A DNA stretch of 64,000 nucleotides from a virus (taxonomy: Duplodnaviria; Caudoviricetes). Positions within the stretch are counted from its first letter, which is position 1, and every line of letters begins with the position of its first letter. Both the position numbers and the translations under genes were made by a program. The notes under the pieces were generated by a model. The model had not been told where the DNA came from. It searched no databases and saw only the letters and a list, made by a program, of their open reading frames with translations. Location of the stretch: IMG/VR virus record IMGVR_UViG_3300008267_000012; one strand, 5' to 3'. Of this stretch, positions 29,843-39,696 are shown piece by piece.

Positions 29843-30289
29843 TTAATCTAAAATTGACAAAAGATGATTTGGTTTGGTTTTCCACCATTCCTTTTCATTC
29901 ATAATAAACCCGATTGATTGAAAACAATTAACACTTAACTTATTATGATTTATATCTAATAAATACTTTAAATATCTTGCATTATAGTTTGCTCCTAATA
30001 ACTTATTAAATCTTTCTTTTACACCAATAGTGACTTTAAATCTTTTAACTAATAACTTTCTTTGAAGAGTTTGTTGTTCTTCAATAAACTTATCAACTGT
30101 TTTTGAAACAATGAATCCTGAAGCTATAGCTTCGCAAACAAATAATTTACCATTAAAATCTCTTATTAAAAGACAATGATTGTATTTTGATTTTAAAAAA
30201 AATCTTATTAAAAAGTAAAAGATTTTATTAAAGATTGAAATACCTTTTTCATTTCTAACAAATACAATATCCCAATCTTTAAACTGCAT
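29843..30289 (-). CDS. Permuted papain-like (YiiX/YebB-type NlpC/P60) amidase/peptidase
   Basis: WDIVFVR...YNHC...VCEAI with His preceding the C-terminal Cys (YNARY...VNCFQ). Confidence 0.7.
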   Translation of the reverse strand: MQFKDWDIVFVRNEKGISIFNKIFYFLIRFFLKSKYNHCLLIRDFNGKLFVCEAIASGFIVSKTVDKFIEEQQTLQRKLLVKRFKVTIGVKERFNKLLGANYNARYLKYLLDINHNKLSVNCFQSIGFIMNEKEWWKTKPNHLLSILD

Positions 30290-30290
30290 T

Positions 30291-30701
30291 TTAAATCCAT
30301 GTTACAATTTGTGCAATATTATAATCGTTAAATCTTTGATATGAATCTGCTCTTGATATCATTTGTTCCGATAAATCATCAATTGCAATAGGATTTGCAG
30401 CAATAACATTGATAAAATAATTAGCTTCTCCAATAGCATTTGGAAATGATGAATCAACATAATCCCCTGTTGCAGGGTCAACCCATGTTGAATTATCTGC
30501 CCTTAATTTAAAAATATAATCAGGAATTAAAGAGTATGGTTCATCAATACCATTTTCTTCCTTATAATGCTTTACTAAAACTCTAAAATCAACATAAACT
30601 AAACTAGGATGATTGTATTCATCTGTTATAATATTTGCCCTTTTTGCTTTTCTTTTTATTGTGTTGTCTAGTGGGTGATTTGTTATATTTATTAAGTCCA
30701 T
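30291..30701 (-). CDS. Hypothetical protein (possible fibre assembly factor)
   Basis: 136-aa ORF within the fibre cluster; CTATTTA upstream. Confidence 0.55.
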   Translation of the reverse strand: MDLINITNHPLDNTIKRKAKRANIITDEYNHPSLVYVDFRVLVKHYKEENGIDEPYSLIPDYIFKLRADNSTWVDPATGDYVDSSFPNAIGEANYFINVIAANPIAIDDLSEQMISRADSYQRFNDYNIAQIVTWI

Positions 30702-30721
30702 AATTTTATTATAAATAGTAT

Positions 30722-31696
30722 TTATGAATAATTACCATTATATACAATTGGTTCATTAGGTTTATTACGAAAATTATATTTATGTAAAAAATAATTATGC
30801 ATTCTTCTAACACCATTAAGGTCTAATGCTTCACCATCACTAAGAATAACTTCATTTAATTCAGATTGAAAACCTGACCCAGAAGCTTGAGACCCACCAA
30901 ATCCATAAAACGTATATCCTAGCATACTTGCTGACCTAAATATTGGTAATGTAACACCTGACATTGCAGTATTTGTATTATTTCCACTAGTTATTAAATT
31001 ATCATTTATGTAACAAAAAAAGTTCCTATTATTATCTAATACAAATGTTGCTGAAAAATATCTACCGCTATTTTTAGTATTTAAACCATCTACATCTATA
31101 TTTATAATTTGTAGACCACCAACATATACATTAATATTAACAACAGGAAGATAACCTGATTCCAAACCACCTGTCACACCTAAACCATTATCAGGTGTAG
31201 TTATGAATGAAAATCTAGCTGCCGTTAATACTGTAGTACCAAAATTTGCAATATTTGATTTAGTACCAGTGCTAGTAAGTCTAAAAAAGGCACTAAATGT
31301 AAAAGCTGTTTTATTTGTACTTTGATAACCTGAAAGAGTTCTTAGAGCAGCTTGTGCTTGTGCTGTATTACCAGCATTACATACATGTGAATTTTTATTT
31401 GTATTTATTGTATTGGCAGAAAAAAAACTAGAATTATTAATAGTAGCACTTGTTGGGTTAACTGGATTTCTTAGGTCATATAGTGGGTAATTTTGCACTT
31501 TATTCCTCACATATCTAATAACATCACCATTATTAATAGGTATTGTGCCACCACTATCACTATATAATGTACTTCTATCATTAAAATCCCACCAAATAGT
31601 TAATCCACTTTGAAATAATTGTTGAGGTGTATAAATAGGTGATATAAAATTATTGGATATCATTGTATATGAATTTCCTGAAATATCTGTTAACAT
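30722..31696 (-). CDS. LamG/concanavalin A-like domain protein
   Basis: LTIWWDFNDRSTL...FTFSAFFR...FCYINDN...ELNEVILSD...YFLHKY. Confidence 0.7.
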   Translation of the reverse strand: MLTDISGNSYTMISNNFISPIYTPQQLFQSGLTIWWDFNDRSTLYSDSGGTIPINNGDVIRYVRNKVQNYPLYDLRNPVNPTSATINNSSFFSANTINTNKNSHVCNAGNTAQAQAALRTLSGYQSTNKTAFTFSAFFRLTSTGTKSNIANFGTTVLTAARFSFITTPDNGLGVTGGLESGYLPVVNINVYVGGLQIINIDVDGLNTKNSGRYFSATFVLDNNRNFFCYINDNLITSGNNTNTAMSGVTLPIFRSASMLGYTFYGFGGSQASGSGFQSELNEVILSDGEALDLNGVRRMHNYFLHKYNFRNKPNEPIVYNGNYS

Positions 31697-31699
31697 ATT

Positions 31700-33112
31700 T
31701 TAATTTAAAATTTCTAAAGTTGATTCATTAATTATTATTGAACTGCCTGAATCGGCTACATCAAATTGTACAGTACAATCAAATACTTGATTTGTTGTTG
31801 TTGTTATTGTTTGATTTTGAGAATATATACCAAATATAACAGGGTCTCCACCAATTGTTGATGGTGGGGCTGTGGGGAATACTATTTTTCCACTACCAAA
31901 AATTAATCCTGAATTTCTTACCGTAAAAGTAGAATCAATCTCAATATCCCCATCATAAGGATTTATTGACCCAAAAAAACTAATAGTTGATGAACTAGAA
32001 ATTATCGTTGAACCAAGTTTTATTCTAACAATTAGCGTAGTATCAACATTTTGTATAGATATTGTACCTCTAGCATTAAATCTATATTTTCTACCTATTG
32101 CTAATTCAGGATTATAAGAATTATTTGATGCAAGTAATGTTGTAGTTCCTGTTAAAACTGAGGATATAATTGATGTTTGTGTTGTTGTATTTGAAATTGT
32201 TAAAGATGATAAAGCATTAAATATACCAAATGAATTTATATATCTTGGTTTATTAATACTACTATCATTAATTGATAATGTTCCACCGCTATCTACAAAA
32301 ATTATTTTAGATGGACTGCCTGATTCACCTGTAAATGAGTTGTTATTATAACTAAATAAAAATTCAGTAGTTGTACCACCACGTTGCATTTTTAATTCAT
32401 TTGAATTTGTATACCATATAGAACCATCTGATGGAGATATTGGTTCTGTTGGTGATGGTGCAAATTTTATCGTTGTAAGACCTGTTGTTGATGGTGCAAG
32501 AAAGGCAAGTCTTGTATTGGTAACCTGACTTGAAGCTGCTAAATTTAAAGTGCCAATTGTTGTGTTAATATTTCCTGATGCTCCACCACCAAAAATTGTA
32601 AGTCTACCTGATGCTGTTGTGTACATTAAATTTATTGAAGTATTTGTAGGTGCTAATCTAACAAGCGTATTTGCTGTTATTGCCGATGTTGTGCCTATAC
32701 CTGCTGAGTTAAATAATGCAGATGTAAAACCATTTGCTCCTGATATAGTTCTTGAGAAAAGTGTTGTTCCTGTTATTCCTGTATAAACTTTAGCACCACC
32801 ACCTTGATTTGAAACTGTATTTACAACTGTTCTGCCTCTAACAACTACTATTTCACCATCATCATTTATAGATATACCAACTTCATTTCCACCTGATAAA
32901 TTATAAAATGCTAATGTATCATTTGATGATACTGTTGTTGTTAAACCGCAAAAAACTCCTGTTCCTGTTCCAACATTCCTACCGCTTATAATTATACCAC
33001 TACCACCTCCTGATGAAGTTGCTGATATTGCATAACTATTTCCTGAAGGATAAATAGTGATATTTGGTCCTGCTGTAAATAAATTCCCTAATTGTCTATA
33101 ACTTAATGGCAT
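31700..33112 (-). CDS. Tail fibre-like protein
   Basis: NVGTGTGVF and RTISG fibre motifs; full-length paralogue of 33128-34489. Confidence 0.65.
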   Translation of the reverse strand: MPLSYRQLGNLFTAGPNITIYPSGNSYAISATSSGGGSGIIISGRNVGTGTGVFCGLTTTVSSNDTLAFYNLSGGNEVGISINDDGEIVVVRGRTVVNTVSNQGGGAKVYTGITGTTLFSRTISGANGFTSALFNSAGIGTTSAITANTLVRLAPTNTSINLMYTTASGRLTIFGGGASGNINTTIGTLNLAASSQVTNTRLAFLAPSTTGLTTIKFAPSPTEPISPSDGSIWYTNSNELKMQRGGTTTEFLFSYNNNSFTGESGSPSKIIFVDSGGTLSINDSSINKPRYINSFGIFNALSSLTISNTTTQTSIISSVLTGTTTLLASNNSYNPELAIGRKYRFNARGTISIQNVDTTLIVRIKLGSTIISSSSTISFFGSINPYDGDIEIDSTFTVRNSGLIFGSGKIVFPTAPPSTIGGDPVIFGIYSQNQTITTTTNQVFDCTVQFDVADSGSSIIINESTLEILN

Positions 33113-33127
33113 CTTAACTATAAATAG

Positions 33128-34489
33128 TTAATTTAAATACTCTAGCGTTGCTTCATTAATAAGTATATTATTTCCTGAGTTGTCAAATTGCAATGTAAGG
33201 TCAAATATTTTATCTGTTGTTGTATCTATTGTTACTTCACCCAGTGAAGTTATTGGTGCAATTGGTGAGGTAGATAAAGTTAAAAATGCTGCATCTGTTA
33301 ACATTTTACCACTACCAATAGCCTTTCCTGATGCACCTTGGGTTCTAATTGTGAATGTACAATCAATTTCAAAAAAACTACCATTTATATTAGTTTGTAA
33401 TGCCGTTGTTGCACTTGCAATTAGAACAGAACCTAATTTTAATTTAGATGTTAAATTACCTGCACTAGCATCTGAGTTTATATTACCTCTAGCATTAAAT
33501 CTATATTTTTTACCTGTTAGTAATTGTGGTGTTGAAACATGTAATGAACTATTTAATATATTTGTACCTATTAAAACAGTAGTACCTGTATTAATTACAC
33601 TCAATTCAGATGTTCCTGATATCGTTGTTGATGTAATTGAATTAAATATACCTAAAGGTGTGAAAAAAACATTTTGAGTATTTATAGTACCAGCTGAATC
33701 CGCAATTAATACTCTGTTATTTGTTAATCCTGTAAATATGGCATTATTATTTCTAAATAAAAATGGTGTAAGTGTATTAACCCCATTAAAATTTGTACTA
33801 CCTTTATAAAACCATAATGTATTACCTGTTGATACATATTGTATATCACCATTCCTAACACTACCAAAACCTATTGTTGTTGATAATGGAATAGTTAATG
33901 GTGTAACAGCAGATGTTGCAGGTGCTAGTAAAAGTCTTGTATCTGTTATTGTTTGTGGTGTTGAAAAACCAATAGCCATACTTCCTGTTGTTGTATCAAC
34001 TTGAAAAAAATCACTTGTACTTAAAGCACCGCCTGTTCCTGCAATAACAACTCTATCTGCCGTTAAAGTTGATGAGGGTCTTACAAGAACTAAGTTTCCT
34101 GATTCAACAGCTTCAATACCATTAGCACCTGATATTGTTCTTGATAATAAAGCACCTGCTGTAACTGCTGATGCAACTGCTATACCTGCACCTAAGTTTG
34201 TTACTGCACTTACACCATTAATAGAACCTGTTGTTGCTGAAAAAACAATATCATTTCCTGATAAGTAAACACCTGTATTTGCACCTGCTTTTATGGTTCT
34301 AAAAACTAAATTACTGCTTGAAACAGAAGAAAAGACACCAACCCCTGTTCCAACATTTGTTCCGCTTATAATTGAACCAGTTCCACCACTTGATGAACCT
34401 GAAATAGCATATGTATCTCCTGAAGGATAAATAACAATATTTGGTCCTGCTACAAATAAATTTCCTGCTTGTCTAAAACTTATTGGCAT
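33128..34489 (-). CDS. Tail fibre-like protein
   Basis: NVGTGVGVFSS...LVFRTIKAG motif; paralogue of 31700-33112. Confidence 0.65.
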   Translation of the reverse strand: MPISFRQAGNLFVAGPNIVIYPSGDTYAISGSSSGGTGSIISGTNVGTGVGVFSSVSSSNLVFRTIKAGANTGVYLSGNDIVFSATTGSINGVSAVTNLGAGIAVASAVTAGALLSRTISGANGIEAVESGNLVLVRPSSTLTADRVVIAGTGGALSTSDFFQVDTTTGSMAIGFSTPQTITDTRLLLAPATSAVTPLTIPLSTTIGFGSVRNGDIQYVSTGNTLWFYKGSTNFNGVNTLTPFLFRNNNAIFTGLTNNRVLIADSAGTINTQNVFFTPLGIFNSITSTTISGTSELSVINTGTTVLIGTNILNSSLHVSTPQLLTGKKYRFNARGNINSDASAGNLTSKLKLGSVLIASATTALQTNINGSFFEIDCTFTIRTQGASGKAIGSGKMLTDAAFLTLSTSPIAPITSLGEVTIDTTTDKIFDLTLQFDNSGNNILINEATLEYLN

Positions 34490-37400
34490 TAGATATAATT
34501 GTTTATATTTGTTTGAAAATACTTTTGAATGTCATTGTTATATGTGAATGTAATACTATCATATGTTGAACCACTAATTACAGCATCTAGTCCACCTTCA
34601 GTTTTTAATGTTGCGCTATTTTGAAATGTTACTGTTACACCTGTATTTGCAAAAAACTTAATTGATGGTGTATATGCACTTATACTTACATCTGAAGTAA
34701 TTGAAGTTACAGTTACTGATGCAGTCGCTGAAGTTATAGTTATTTTATCATATAAATAAAAACCATCAACTTGTGCAACTTGAGATGTTACAGGAATATT
34801 TCTAGTTAATAATGTTTTACTTAATACTTCATTTATACTACTATTTGTCCAAGAAGAATAGGTTACACCATCATATCTTAAAATATTGTAATCACTTACA
34901 CCTGTAAGTCTTACATTATGTAATTCATCAAGTTCATATCCATTATCAACTTTAACATAGATTTTTCCGTTATTAGCATGTGCATATTCAACATAACCAA
35001 TAATAACCGTATGATTTGGTGCTTGTGGTTTAATATTGGTTATTTGTCCTGCTGTTGTTGGTGATAAATATAGAACATCACCATCATTCCAAGTTTCTCC
35101 TTGCAAAGAGCCTGTTGTATTAATTTTTTGTAATAAACCAACAGTAATAATAAATCCTTCTTGGTTTGTTGCTATATCTTCAGCAACAAGACCTAAAGTA
35201 CCTGCTGAGTTAGCATCATTATCACCTTTTGCTAATTTAACTGATAATCTTTGTCCTGCTGCTCCTCCAATAACTACGGCATGATAACTTGAGCCTGATA
35301 AATCTATGAGTGGTGTTGTTTTATTTACTACTCTAGTAATTAATCCTTGATTTAATTTACTTTTAACAACACCTCCTTTTAATCCCAATTCTAATGTACC
35401 ATCAGTATCATTCCAATTTAATCTAGCTATTTGTGATGTAACAGTTGCACCTGTATTAAAATCAATATAATCAGTATATAAACTTGTTGATGAAATTGAT
35501 GTTGCTGATAATGTGTTTGTTAAGATTGTGTCTGATGTGATTGATGTTGCGGAAATTTCATTTACTAAGATTGTGGTTGCTGATATACCACTTAAAAAGA
35601 CTGTTTCACCTGATACAGTACCACCACTTACTGAAAGATAAGGTAAAGATTCTTTACTGATAAAATCAAATCCTGTTGTACCATTTCCAACCATTAATTG
35701 GTCAAGGCCAGTAGAAACATAACCAACAGGGATTTGACTATTACCATTTGGTGGTATTAAGGTAACTTTAGCATTATTCCCTGACCCAACATTGGTATGA
35801 ACAGGTATAATATCTATTGTGGCATTTGCCCATGTCGGATTATTATCTTCAAATGTTATTGATGCTGCTGTCCATAAACTACCTGCACTATTACCACTAT
35901 TAATAATTGTTAAAGATTTATCTTGTTGAATAGTTAAATCACCTGTTAATGTTCCACCGCTTATTGGTAAATAATCACCTGATAAGGTACTTCCTGTTCC
36001 ACCTGTTGCAGTACTAACAAATACTAATGTACCATTACTTTCAGTAATTTGCATTCCTGTTCCTGCGGATAGTGTTCTATAAACTAAATTATTATTAGTT
36101 ACAGAAGAAATAACTGAATAATCACCAGTTCCTGCTGAAACAATATCCGTAATACCTGTAAATGATGTTGAACCTGTTCCACCGCTACCTGTGCTATTAA
36201 TAATTAAATAACCAGGTGATGTTGTATCATCTATTGTAATATTTGTACCTTCAAGTAATGCTTTAAATGTTACCGTTCTACCTGTTGTTGATGCTGAACT
36301 AATATCTTCAATAAGTGATTGTCCACCAAAAGTTGTATCTACACTAATAATATCGGTAATTGTGGTTGTGGTTAAAGCACTTAATGCTTTAAAGGTATTA
36401 ATATTTTCTTGATAAAATACAGTACCTGCTTTGCTTCTTTTTTGATATGTAATTATCTCATCATAGTTACCATCTATTGGATGTGTATCTTCTAATTCAT
36501 TTCTAATAGTTGAACTATGAACAAAATTAAATAAATAACCTGCTAAAGGTTTAAAAGTTAATTTATAAGTTTGATTATAATTTTGTATAGCATTTATTGA
36601 AAATGTTGAAGTTGCTGCTGAAATATTAAATACACCAAAATGATTATAATTTGTTAAATCTAAAGTATTACTTGGTACATTTAAATTTGTTTCAAGTTGA
36701 TTTACATCAGATGTAACTAATTTACTATTGAAACTATAATTTGCTAATGTCCTATTAACTAATCCAAAATCAGTTGATATATCACAATTTCTAAATTGTG
36801 TATTTGTAAATGTAGCTGCTGAAATTAAGACATTATTTCTAATGTTTGTATTATCAAGTATAAAGTTTGTATCATCAAAAGATGAAACAAGTCTTGCATT
36901 ATTATCAAATGTATTTCCTGAAATAATACCTCTAAAGTTCATTATCTCAGCAACTGAGTTATTTATAACTCTATTATTTAATACTTGATTTTTTCTACCC
37001 CAAGGAAATACATCAATTGCTGATTTACCTTCTACAGTATTACCAACTGAATCTACTCTTTTTGTGATTGTATCACTTGTAAAGTCATATTCAATATAAT
37101 CATTAACTGTAATATAACCATATCTTTGAGTAAAGTCTCTTGATAATAAAGATAAATTTGTTAATGTATTATTAAAAGTTGTATTTGCTGTTACTTTATA
37201 GTGATTATTATTATAAATTGCAGTTTCATTAGTTACCAAACTTTGACCACTATATGCAATACCTGAACTACCTAAAGGCGTAGCTGATACATCTGTATAG
37301 TCACCAATATCATAATAATCTGGATTTAAAGTAATTAATGTGCCATTTTTTGATATTTTATTTGTATCAATTGCATTTACAATAACATATCCAAATGTTC

Positions 37401-38928
37401 CTGCACCTTCATTAATCCTACCTGAAACAATTCTATATTGTTTACCAATCTGAAGAGTTGAACCTGTTATTTTATCTGTTAATTGGGAGTATGTAACATC
37501 TTCATATAATGTAACTATTGTTGCAGATGATGATGATGCACTAAATATTATTAAATCACCTGATTCAATAATAGAAAGATTTGTAGGTGTAGCAGAAGAT
37601 AATCTTCTAAATTGTAATTCATTTACTGATTTAGTATAAAAAACACCTGCACCACCTGCGCCAACATTTGCTCCTGTTGTTGAACCTGATGTATCACTAT
37701 AAACAGTTAATTTACCATCAACTAAAGTAACACTTGTACCGCCAGCACCTTGAATTGGGTATAAAAAATATGTTGTTCCTGTTTTCCCACTAATAAGACT
37801 TGTACCACCTGTAAGTGATACTATGTCTGTAATTACACTTGTTCCTGAAAAATCTAAACCTATTGTAATTAAACCATCAGTTTCAGTTATTGTAATGCCT
37901 GTACTACCTGTTAATGCCTTTACAAGCAAACTATTACTTGTGATTGATGAAATAAAGTTTGTTCCACCTGTAAATAATGTTAAACCTGTAATTATTTCAA
38001 ATTGAGGTTTAAATTTAGTACCATCAAATTTTAATATTTGTCCACTACCTGTTGTTCCTGTTGTTTCAATTTCAACATTTGTAACAAATAATCGTTTATT
38101 TGCATATGTATCACCTGCATTAGTTACATTAAAAGCATTTGCTCTATTTAAATCATCTGCTCCATAACCAACAATAAAATAATCTGTTAAGTTATCAACA
38201 TTGTATTTTCCAACAACAGTTTGAGCATATCCTGATGCTATTGTATCATAACCAAAAGCATTTGAGTTATACCCATATGCTCTTGAATTTACGCCTGTTG
38301 CAAATGAAAAATCACCTGCACCTGCTGAATTTGCACCACCTGCTGCTCTTTGAATACCTGTACCTGCCCCATTATTATAATAGACAAAAACAGTTTCAGC
38401 AGTTGTTTGTATAGTTGTAGAACCTGTTCCACCTGTAAAATTTACAGGAACAGATATAATACCAACTTCAAGTTCACCATTTAATAAATTTGGTACTGTT
38501 GGGTTTGTTGTTGTAACACCTTCTCTAATAAATACAGTTGGGCTACCTGCTGTAATATAAACTAAATCAAATCTACTTCCACCTGTTTGTCCTGAATTAA
38601 TGGTTATATATTCAAAATTATGTGTATATATCGTACCATTTACATTATATGAACCTGCACCTACACTATATGTTAAACCTGATACATATGATAATAAAAA
38701 TCCATTAGAAATAACTGAACCTGAGAATGAACCAGGTAAACCAGGTCTAAATTTATTATTAGCATCATCATATAACAAAGCAGAACCAATTACAGCACCA
38801 TCGGTATCAATTTCAATTGATTTTACATAGAATGCCTGAAGGATATTTGTTGTACCCGAAAATATTGCTGATGTACCTGAGTATTGTTTGAGTTGTCTTG
38901 AATAATCAGGTCTAGTAAAGTATGCCAT
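34489..38928 (-). CDS. Long tail fibre protein (1479 aa)
   Basis: Repeated S/T/G-rich fibre segments, short YadA-like repeats (SFATGVNSRAYG), GYELDELHNV motif. Confidence 0.7.
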   Translation of the reverse strand: MAYFTRPDYSRQLKQYSGTSAIFSGTTNILQAFYVKSIEIDTDGAVIGSALLYDDANNKFRPGLPGSFSGSVISNGFLLSYVSGLTYSVGAGSYNVNGTIYTHNFEYITINSGQTGGSRFDLVYITAGSPTVFIREGVTTTNPTVPNLLNGELEVGIISVPVNFTGGTGSTTIQTTAETVFVYYNNGAGTGIQRAAGGANSAGAGDFSFATGVNSRAYGYNSNAFGYDTIASGYAQTVVGKYNVDNLTDYFIVGYGADDLNRANAFNVTNAGDTYANKRLFVTNVEIETTGTTGSGQILKFDGTKFKPQFEIITGLTLFTGGTNFISSITSNSLLVKALTGSTGITITETDGLITIGLDFSGTSVITDIVSLTGGTSLISGKTGTTYFLYPIQGAGGTSVTLVDGKLTVYSDTSGSTTGANVGAGGAGVFYTKSVNELQFRRLSSATPTNLSIIESGDLIIFSASSSSATIVTLYEDVTYSQLTDKITGSTLQIGKQYRIVSGRINEGAGTFGYVIVNAIDTNKISKNGTLITLNPDYYDIGDYTDVSATPLGSSGIAYSGQSLVTNETAIYNNNHYKVTANTTFNNTLTNLSLLSRDFTQRYGYITVNDYIEYDFTSDTITKRVDSVGNTVEGKSAIDVFPWGRKNQVLNNRVINNSVAEIMNFRGIISGNTFDNNARLVSSFDDTNFILDNTNIRNNVLISAATFTNTQFRNCDISTDFGLVNRTLANYSFNSKLVTSDVNQLETNLNVPSNTLDLTNYNHFGVFNISAATSTFSINAIQNYNQTYKLTFKPLAGYLFNFVHSSTIRNELEDTHPIDGNYDEIITYQKRSKAGTVFYQENINTFKALSALTTTTITDIISVDTTFGGQSLIEDISSASTTGRTVTFKALLEGTNITIDDTTSPGYLIINSTGSGGTGSTSFTGITDIVSAGTGDYSVISSVTNNNLVYRTLSAGTGMQITESNGTLVFVSTATGGTGSTLSGDYLPISGGTLTGDLTIQQDKSLTIINSGNSAGSLWTAASITFEDNNPTWANATIDIIPVHTNVGSGNNAKVTLIPPNGNSQIPVGYVSTGLDQLMVGNGTTGFDFISKESLPYLSVSGGTVSGETVFLSGISATTILVNEISATSITSDTILTNTLSATSISSTSLYTDYIDFNTGATVTSQIARLNWNDTDGTLELGLKGGVVKSKLNQGLITRVVNKTTPLIDLSGSSYHAVVIGGAAGQRLSVKLAKGDNDANSAGTLGLVAEDIATNQEGFIITVGLLQKINTTGSLQGETWNDGDVLYLSPTTAGQITNIKPQAPNHTVIIGYVEYAHANNGKIYVKVDNGYELDELHNVRLTGVSDYNILRYDGVTYSSWTNSSINEVLSKTLLTRNIPVTSQVAQVDGFYLYDKITITSATASVTVTSITSDVSISAYTPSIKFFANTGVTVTFQNSATLKTEGGLDAVISGSTYDSITFTYNNDIQKYFQTNINNYI

Positions 38929-38931
38929 ATA

Positions 38932-39381
38932 TTAACAATTTGTAGTTGGTGTAATAAGTATATTTAGTTTATTGTTAATAGGTACAATTAATGTTTTTTC
39001 TTCACCATCTTTTGTAAAAATAATCTTAAATTCACCAACATAAAATCCTGCTTTTGTTGTATGTTTCTTTTTAAATTTATATTGGATTGTAAAATCCATT
39101 AATTCTCTACAATTATCCTCTTGATTTACAATTCTATTACTTAATGTATCTAAATTTACTAATGCTTCATCATTTAAAATAATATACTTATTATTTAAAT
39201 CAAACATTGAAAATGTAACTGAACAATTTTGAATTAATTCCAATAATTGATAATAATTTTCTGTTCTTATTGGTTTAATTTCCAATATAGGTAAATCGGT
39301 ATTTTGTTTTATAACAAAATCTCTGTTTTTATCTGTTGTAAAATCAAAATAAGAAGAATTATCTAATTCAAAATCAAACAT
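38932..39381 (-). CDS. BppU-like baseplate/fibre attachment domain protein
   Basis: FVIKQNTDLPIL...IQYKF...T.KAG.Y.GEFKIIF; paralogue of 44174-44704. Confidence 0.65.
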   Translation of the reverse strand: MFDFELDNSSYFDFTTDKNRDFVIKQNTDLPILEIKPIRTENYYQLLELIQNCSVTFSMFDLNNKYIILNDEALVNLDTLSNRIVNQEDNCRELMDFTIQYKFKKKHTTKAGFYVGEFKIIFTKDGEEKTLIVPINNKLNILITPTTNC

Positions 39382-39403
39382 TATACTTTAATATAAATAG
39401 GAA

Positions 39404-39601
39404 TTAAGAAGCTTTATTTTTCCAAGCGTTAGTGTATTGTAAAAGGTCTTGCCTATTATATGTTTTAAGTAATTCATCCATAGCCTCAATTACTTCTTTT
39501 TGTGTAAATTCACATGCATCTTTAATATCATCAACCCAAGTGTTATTTTCAAGTGATGAAAGATATTTTTTATCGGATTTTCTCTGTATTTTCTTTACCA
39601 T
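39404..39601 (-). CDS. Small hypothetical protein
   Basis: 65-aa ORF with its own intergenic spacer. Confidence 0.5.
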   Translation of the reverse strand: MVKKIQRKSDKKYLSSLENNTWVDDIKDACEFTQKEVIEAMDELLKTYNRQDLLQYTNAWKNKAS

Positions 39602-39644
39602 GATTGTAATTATTTATTTACTATAAGTAGTTTATAAATAATAA

Positions 39645-39675
39645 ACCCATCCAAATTTTTAATATTCGGATGGGT
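39645..39675 (-). terminator. Rho-independent terminator after the SHAEG fibre gene
   Basis: ACCCATCC...GGATGGGT inverted repeat followed by TTTATTATTT on the minus strand. Confidence 0.65.
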
Positions 39676-39696
39676 CATTATATATGTTAAAATAGT

